A stretch of 63,587 nt of DNA, filler included, from Trichomonas gallinae (Eukaryota), in NCBI GenBank assembly GCA_008369845.1. It is 8 parts of 8 records of this genome, joined end to end, with 100 filler letters (N's around TTAATTAATTAA, not from the genome) between each part and the next. Parts side by side here need not be neighbours in the genome. Positions count along the whole stretch, not along the records: positions 57,952 to 61,381 come from MRSU01000123.1; positions 61,482 to 63,587 come from MRSU01000153.1; 6 more parts are not named here. The stretch is one strand, 5' to 3'. Positions 57,952 through 63,587 of this stretch are shown here, piece by piece; within the stretch, counting starts at the first letter, position 1; each line of letters opens with the position of its first letter. Made by a program: the position numbers and the translations under genes. The notes below the pieces were generated by a model, which was given only the letters and a program-made list of their open reading frames with translations, made no database searches and was not told the DNA's origin.

Positions 57952-60009
57952 GAGTATCCATATGGTCTGTGGTCCATATATACGAAGAATGGATCCAAAA
58001 TTCAGATTTTCAAACCTCCGAGGTACCTTTATAGATCTCGAGGATTTGGCAAGAAACAAATCTTGCAATGATTAAATTTCAACTTCAAATTCCATCAAAC
58101 TAAAGCAAAAAAGAAATTAATCAAAAATAGCCACCGGCTATTTCCGAATTTTATTTGAGAGATCTTGTTTTGGTGATGAATAATATATATATGAAACCAC
58201 TTCTGCTTTAGTTTGCATTAGCGCATAATATCATCTAAATAAATTGCAGATCAGTTAATAAAAAAATCTGCAATTCCTATCAGAACTGAATAATTGAATG
58301 AGCATCGAGACGACCAGAACTTCATCATTTATATCAGGAATTCTTTAATTATGTTAATGTGCGTTAGTTGAAAATTAATTCATGAAAAAAAATTGAATTT
58401 TAGAAATCTTGTATATGAAATAGTTAATATTGAAGTAATATATAGTGATTTTAAGGTTCTCTGATACCAAAAAATGACTTTGAGCAAACAAATTTGAGGT
58501 AAAGATAGAAAAATATCATAGAATCGAATTTTCAAATGTGAGGTTAATTCTATCTCGTTATAGTTATCAAAAATATGCAATCTAATACAGTAATTTCCGA
58601 TGATTATCAACAGCGAAGATTGATTGATGCACTTAATTCTCAGTTTAACAGTATATTATCAATCATGTGTATCATGAAATCGATTGGGTTAACCGATTAC
58701 TATATGGTACGCTTAAACAAATCATAAGAAAATAATAAAATCCGAGTAAACATGTGAGGAATAATATAGTATATCTAGGAACACGCAAGTATGATATGTT
58801 ATGGACATATAAATGCAATATTGAATAATTTTTTATTGTTGAATAAACATTTCATGTTGACTCAAATACTGCGAAATATAATGAATGATATGAAAGCAGG
58901 TCCTATATTGGTATGTGTATTTATATAATTAATTTTTTCAGTGAAATCTTCGAAATTCCGGATTTTTCCGGATCCGAACTAAGCATTCTAGCATCATGAG
59001 ATGTTCATCTCTTATGATTTCGTATGATGTTGCACCTGTTAATATTATTTATCGAATCTATTCGGAACTGAAAAATTCTTAGTCATTTTTACATTTTTGA
59101 CGTGTAAACCTTTTTATGTCAAATTGATCAATTGATCAAAAATGCAATGTTATATTTATGCGTTAATTAGTATATTTTTAAAATTATTTTGGAGTAGAAG
59201 ATATTCCTCTCAAAAGAGAAATAAACAGGGAAAATTATTTTATATGATGGGTAAATCAAATCAAACGATGAAATTTGGTTAATCTCATGACAACGGGCAT
59301 AATATTTACAAGCAATTTAATATCGTAATTCAATTTAGCGTAAAATTACGATGGGAATTTCCTAAATGACTCGAACAATATATCTACAAATTGAAATATT
59401 AATAGAAAATGGGAAACCGAATATGAATACAATAATAGATTTAATATAAAATGTTCTGAAATCTTAAATTTGTGAAATAAGTTTATCACAAGGTAACAAG
59501 TATAATACATTCATTAATTTTTCAAAAATTGAAATAATATGTAAAAGATTCAAAACTGTTCACAAAATTATTGAACGCTACTGTGAAAAATTGAAGAATT
59601 GTATCAAAAATTGAAGACAAAAAATCATCTTCCTATCCAATGGATATGATAAAATCAAAATAATTTTAAAAAGAATTTCTGCCAATTCTTATCAATATTG
59701 AGTGGCAGTTTTGAAACATTTCATAAATTCAAAACTAATAATTATGTTTTATCGCATTCTAGATAAACAAACAAAATATTTCGTAGAGCACGTTATCGAC
59801 CTCAATTTTTTGAGAACAACTGGCCATTTAGATCGGAAAAGCGAAAAGTCTGGATATAGCATATTAATATGATAATAAACATGTTCCCCACATAAAAATT
59901 AAATAATAACCATAAATCGTTTATTCGTTATTATTAAAATATAACATGATATAATAACCTAAAGTATTTGGAAAACAAAGAAATAACGATAAATTTTTTA
60001 TTTTTGATA

Positions 60010-60636
60010 ATGGATTCTGTTTTCGGTGACCCCAGTCTTAGCTCGACTCAGCTGAGGCAGAAAGCTTTTCAAGTCATCAAACAGTCAGACAGGCCCATGG
60101 CGTCCTGTGAAATCGAAAAGTGGATAAGGAACAATGATTACGATCTCTGGTGTAAAGTTTCTTCGAAGTGCAAAGACTACGTTCGCGTTATATTGAGCCA
60201 GACACGCGGAAAAACAATCACCAAATATAAAGCAATTAAGCCGATCCCAGGAATTGACAAACGTTCTACGTTTTACGGCCTTTATGGACGCTCATATCCT
60301 TCTGACTCGTGGGTTCCTACATCAGATGGTGCTAGATCTAAGTCAAGAAAGCACGATGATGATCTTTACGACGAGGAAGTAAATTATTCCGCCGCTAAGG
60401 AGGAATCTGCACAGTATTCAGACGATAATAGCGAGAATATTCCGAAAGTTCTCGCAGTTCCTGTTCATGAATCGCCAAAGCCAACATCCGTTAAGGAAAG
60501 AGTTCTCCTTCCTCCTCTTCCACCGTTTAGACTGTTTTGCGGTCCAAACCCACTGTTCCCGAGCTTCATCACGGGTAATCCAATGCTGTTTAACGTGGAT
60601 TTCAACCCGATGCAAATGCTCCTTAATTCTCAATAA
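60010..60636 (+). CDS. hypothetical protein, possible winged-helix-like N-terminal domain with a Pro-rich tail
   Basis: ATG at 60010; AFQVIKQSDRPMASCEIEKWI helix pattern; low-complexity C-terminus. Confidence 0.6.
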   Translation: MDSVFGDPSLSSTQLRQKAFQVIKQSDRPMASCEIEKWIRNNDYDLWCKVSSKCKDYVRVILSQTRGKTITKYKAIKPIPGIDKRSTFYGLYGRSYPSDSWVPTSDGARSKSRKHDDDLYDEEVNYSAAKEESAQYSDDNSENIPKVLAVPVHESPKPTSVKERVLLPPLPPFRLFCGPNPLFPSFITGNPMLFNVDFNPMQMLLNSQ

Positions 60637-61381
60637 GTCTTTTTTTTTATTGTCTTCGATATGTTTTTATTATTTGTTGTTTGGTTTATTATAAAAACAT
60701 CTGCATGGTTCTTTTCTTGAAATACGCCAATTATTAAAAAAATACAAAACGAAATTGTCCAAATATCGATGGTTGATCTTTCATGTTTTAGTGACATATT
60801 AACATGTCGTTAAAGAATGGGATAGGCGGATTAAAAAGATTAAATATCATATAAAAACTTTGGCATTTAATTTTCCGCAAAATAAAATTCTCATATTTAA
60901 GCCTGCCCACTACTATAGGATGGTGTGCCTGGCTGTACACATTTAAAAGGCCAAACAACACAAAACAACTCAGCCACTTTGTTGATAAAAAAAAAACAGA
61001 TTTTTGATAAATTTGGGCGTTTAAAAATTTTTTTGTTGTAAACTTTATCGATGTCACTTTTATTACATTTTATATCTCAACATGGCAGTTAAGCTTTTTC
61101 ATGCTGATTATTTTTATCCTTATTCAATGTTATTTACGAAATTCACTAAATAAATGCGAAATCTTAAAAATTTCACAAGATTTTTGGTTGGGAAAACTGT
61201 TTAGAATTAAATTTGGAACTTCTTAATATTGTAAATATATAATACAACATCTATAGGATCTGTTCTATTATCCGCACCATCGCTTTTCAATAATTTGATT
61301 CACTGTTGCTCATTTTTTCGATGTCAGACAGCTTTTTCGATACGTATTCAATTTTTTTGGTCGTTTTTATTTGATATTTAG

Positions 61382-61481
61382 NNNNNNNNNNNNNNNNNNN
61401 NNNNNNNNNNNNNNNNNNNNNNNNNTTAATTAATTAANNNNNNNNNNNNNNNNNNNNNNNNNNNNNNNNNNNNNNNNNNNN
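61382..61481. other. artificial contig linker
   Basis: 44N-TTAATTAATTAA-44N. Confidence 0.98.
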
Positions 61482-61492
61482 GGATCAGACAT
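61482..61492 (-). CDS. start of a second thioredoxin-like copy (ATG TCT GAT CC), truncated by the contig start
   Basis: identical to the start at 63544 and preceded by a near-identical ~65-bp upstream region. Confidence 0.5.
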
Positions 61493-61554
61493 AACTAAAA
61501 AGAAATGAACTGACTTGTTTTGCTTGATATAATTGAGAGATCAGGAAGAGAAAA
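61482..61554. repeat. left arm of an inverted repeat (partner 63482-63554)
   Basis: 70/73 identity to the reverse complement of the right arm; first 47 nt identical. Confidence 0.95.
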
Positions 61555-61792
61555 ATTTTTTCTTCAGAATTTTTTGTGAGTTCAGAAACATATTTGTTAG
61601 AAAAAATTTCCATTCAAATCCCGCAAAATCCACAGAAATTTTAAGACTCATCCTTCTCCTATACTCTTAGTTTGTATAATTTTCCAAGCTTTGGCCGAAT
61701 ATCTTAACTGAACGAACTCTAATTATTGTTTTTAATTTTTATGAGTATCTGAAAAACAGATTTTGAAATCATTTCACATCATTTTTCTTTAG

Positions 61793-62257
61793 ATGTTCGC
61801 AGCCAGTGAGTCTATTTCCAAGAACAAGTTCACATACGCCGAAGACAGAAGGCTTAGGAAGTACGTGAGACTGTTTGGCAATGATTGGAAAGCAATTGCC
61901 AGCAAGATGCTTGTAAAGAATGCCAGACAGTGCAAAGATCGATGGGAGAAATATTTATCACCATCAATATCACATTCTCCTTTCTCTGTTGATGAAGATA
62001 TCCTCATCCTGAAGCATTACAACGCTATTGGACCAAAATGGATGCAAATCGCTCGATATATTAATGGTAGAACAGATGTACTTATCAAGGCACGTTTTAG
62101 ATACCTTATGAAGCATGGTCAAACACTGGAATCATTAGAAGCCTCTAAAAACAAGACTGAAAAAATTGAAGAACAGCAAACTCAAGTAATGGATAATGAT
62201 ATAATCATGGATACATTTGATTTCGATTTCTTCGAAGCTTTTAATGATACAGTTTAA
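61793..62257 (+). CDS. R2R3 Myb-like transcription factor
   Basis: KFTYAEDRRL..YV..FG.DWKAIA...NARQCKDRW.KYLSP, then FS.DED..I......GPKW.QIA....GRTD..IK.RF. Confidence 0.93.
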   Translation: MFAASESISKNKFTYAEDRRLRKYVRLFGNDWKAIASKMLVKNARQCKDRWEKYLSPSISHSPFSVDEDILILKHYNAIGPKWMQIARYINGRTDVLIKARFRYLMKHGQTLESLEASKNKTEKIEEQQTQVMDNDIIMDTFDFDFFEAFNDTV

Positions 62258-63481
62258 ATTTCTAGTGTTTTGACCATGTTTTGATTTGATAATCGAACAT
62301 ATTCTTATCAATCCCTAATTAGTGTTGTGTATCGATAATTACATTCATGTTTGGTGTCAATTACCTTTATTAAAACGTTTCGATTTTCAACAAATTAACC
62401 AATATTATCACTCATCGTTATTACCTTAAATTCCATTAAAATTACTCAATACTCCTAATAAACTATTAAATTCTACAAATCAAACTGTTTTTAAATAATT
62501 GAAAATATAATTGATTATTAAAACATATCTGTTATAATTCTCTGATTAAAATTTTAATTTTATAAGTCATGTAATCGATTATCCATGAGTTATTTATCAA
62601 ATTTTGAATATTTAATTTTAAATTTGAAATTATTTTAGTATTTTTAATAGTTATTAGCATTTTCTTTAGCGATATGTTGAGGAATTAGTAAGGTTGTAGT
62701 ATATGCATGAGTAAAAGCTTTATTCATTAAGTTTAACTAATGTTTATAATTTTGAAAACAATCCGAAACCATTTATAAGATAATAGATATATTAACGCAT
62801 AAGGCATTTTTTGCAGCTAAAATCTGTCATTAATGTTTCCAAAAAATCACAAAAAATTGAATCTTCAGATATATTTTGGAAACATTAATGATAAATAACA
62901 AATAGCAAATAAAAAGCAATTTAACGAAATAAAAATTTTTATTGTCAGATACATAGAAAAGTTTTTTCAGAAAAAATATTCTATCGTTTAAATTTAATGT
63001 ATCTGATTTAGAATTGGTTTTTGACGAAATTGGTTCAGTTATTCTGTATCTATATATATATAAAATTATGGATATAGTGAAATTCGCGAAAATGTTGATT
63101 TTGAGAGAAAATGTGATGAGATTTTGGTTTTTAACATTGGAATACCACATATAAAGAGACAACTTATGTGTTTATGTAACTAAAAATGTGATTTAATGTT
63201 TTTTTCTATCCTTTGAATTCGGAAATATTCGAAATTAGAACGAATCAGTCTAGGAATAGAATGAGTATAATGTGTATATACTTGTTTTATTCGCAATATC
63301 ATAGACTGACGAGATTTTTTTTCTTCAAAATGGAAACATTTTTCCTTATTTGATGTAGATTTTGAGAATAAATGATTAAAAATAGTTACTTATGGCCTAT
63401 ATAGTAATGTTGTTAAGTTTTATGAATAAAAAGTTTGAATTCTGAGAGTTTAATTTTTTGAGGTAAAGAAAGAAAAAAAAA

Positions 63482-63554
63482 TTTTCTCTTCATGATCTCT
63501 CAATTGAATCAAGCAAAACAAGTCAGTTCATTTCTTTTTAGTTATGTCTGATCC
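63482..63554. repeat. right arm of an inverted repeat (partner 61482-61554)
   Basis: reverse complement of 61482-61554 with 3 mismatches. Confidence 0.95.
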
Positions 63555-63587
63555 AATCGTCCACTTCGAAGGCAGCTTATCAAAGCT
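63544..63587 (+). CDS. trx: thioredoxin, 5' fragment (MSDPIVHFEGSLSK...)
   Basis: Inr-like TCATTT about 15 nt upstream of the ATG; N-terminus matches the recalled T. vaginalis thioredoxin start MSDPIVHFNG; the WCGPC site would lie beyond the window. Confidence 0.65.
   Translation, partial: MSDPIVHFEGSLSK

Noticed and set aside
58242..59138. Scattered short palindromes (AATTGCAGAT/ATCTGCAATT, TCCGGA pair, TTGATCAATTGATCAA)
   Set aside because: Short stems expected by chance in AT-rich DNA, with no organised pattern
15003..61481. Seven identical TTAATTAATTAA palindromes in N-runs, superficially a repeat array
   Set aside because: Fixed 44N-12-44N format with six-frame stops; a scaffolding linker, not biology
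61482..63554. Pack-MULE-like transposon carrying a Myb gene between TIRs
   Set aside because: The arms contain an Inr and the first codons of a thioredoxin-like ORF that continues beyond the right arm, and no TSD can be assessed; inverted gene duplication fits better
1..63587. Spliceosomal introns, CRISPR arrays, prokaryotic operons or defence systems
   Set aside because: No trichomonad ACTAACACACAG intron 3' motif and no repeat-spacer array were seen; gene content and promoters are eukaryotic

Overview
Eukaryotic, AT-rich, intron-poor DNA from a trichomonad (parabasalid), most likely a Trichomonas species close to but apparently not identical to T. vaginalis. The main evidence is a hydrogenosomal succinyl-CoA synthetase alpha gene with an MLSSSFERN presequence and an Inr promoter. 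The window is eight contig pieces joined by seven artificial 100-bp linkers (44N-TTAATTAATTAA-44N), so adjacency across linkers means nothing. Recognisable genes include a UBR-box/UBR4-like protein, two LRR proteins, a large charged repeat protein, an ankyrin protein, a Sec7-PH ARF-GEF, a GT-C-like membrane protein, a CDK-like kinase, Bap-like surface proteins (one intact, one broken), a ubiquitin-like protein, a tetraspanin, CEPT, SCS-alpha, CENP-S, a GH47 mannosidase, a Rab, an RFC small subunit, an R2R3 Myb and the start of a thioredoxin. The most notable observations are: (1) an ORF-less ~850-nt array of long hairpins at 32.3-33.1 kb; (2) an inverted, outward-facing pair of thioredoxin gene starts bracketing a Myb gene; (3) a recurrent intergenic motif TGACAYGTAAA clustered upstream of genes; (4) a truncated ORF whose N-terminus resembles a histone H3 tail lacking K4/K9; (5) two related TTAA|GG termini pointing into contig gaps, resembling Kolobok ends. 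All family calls come from motif recognition; no searches were run.
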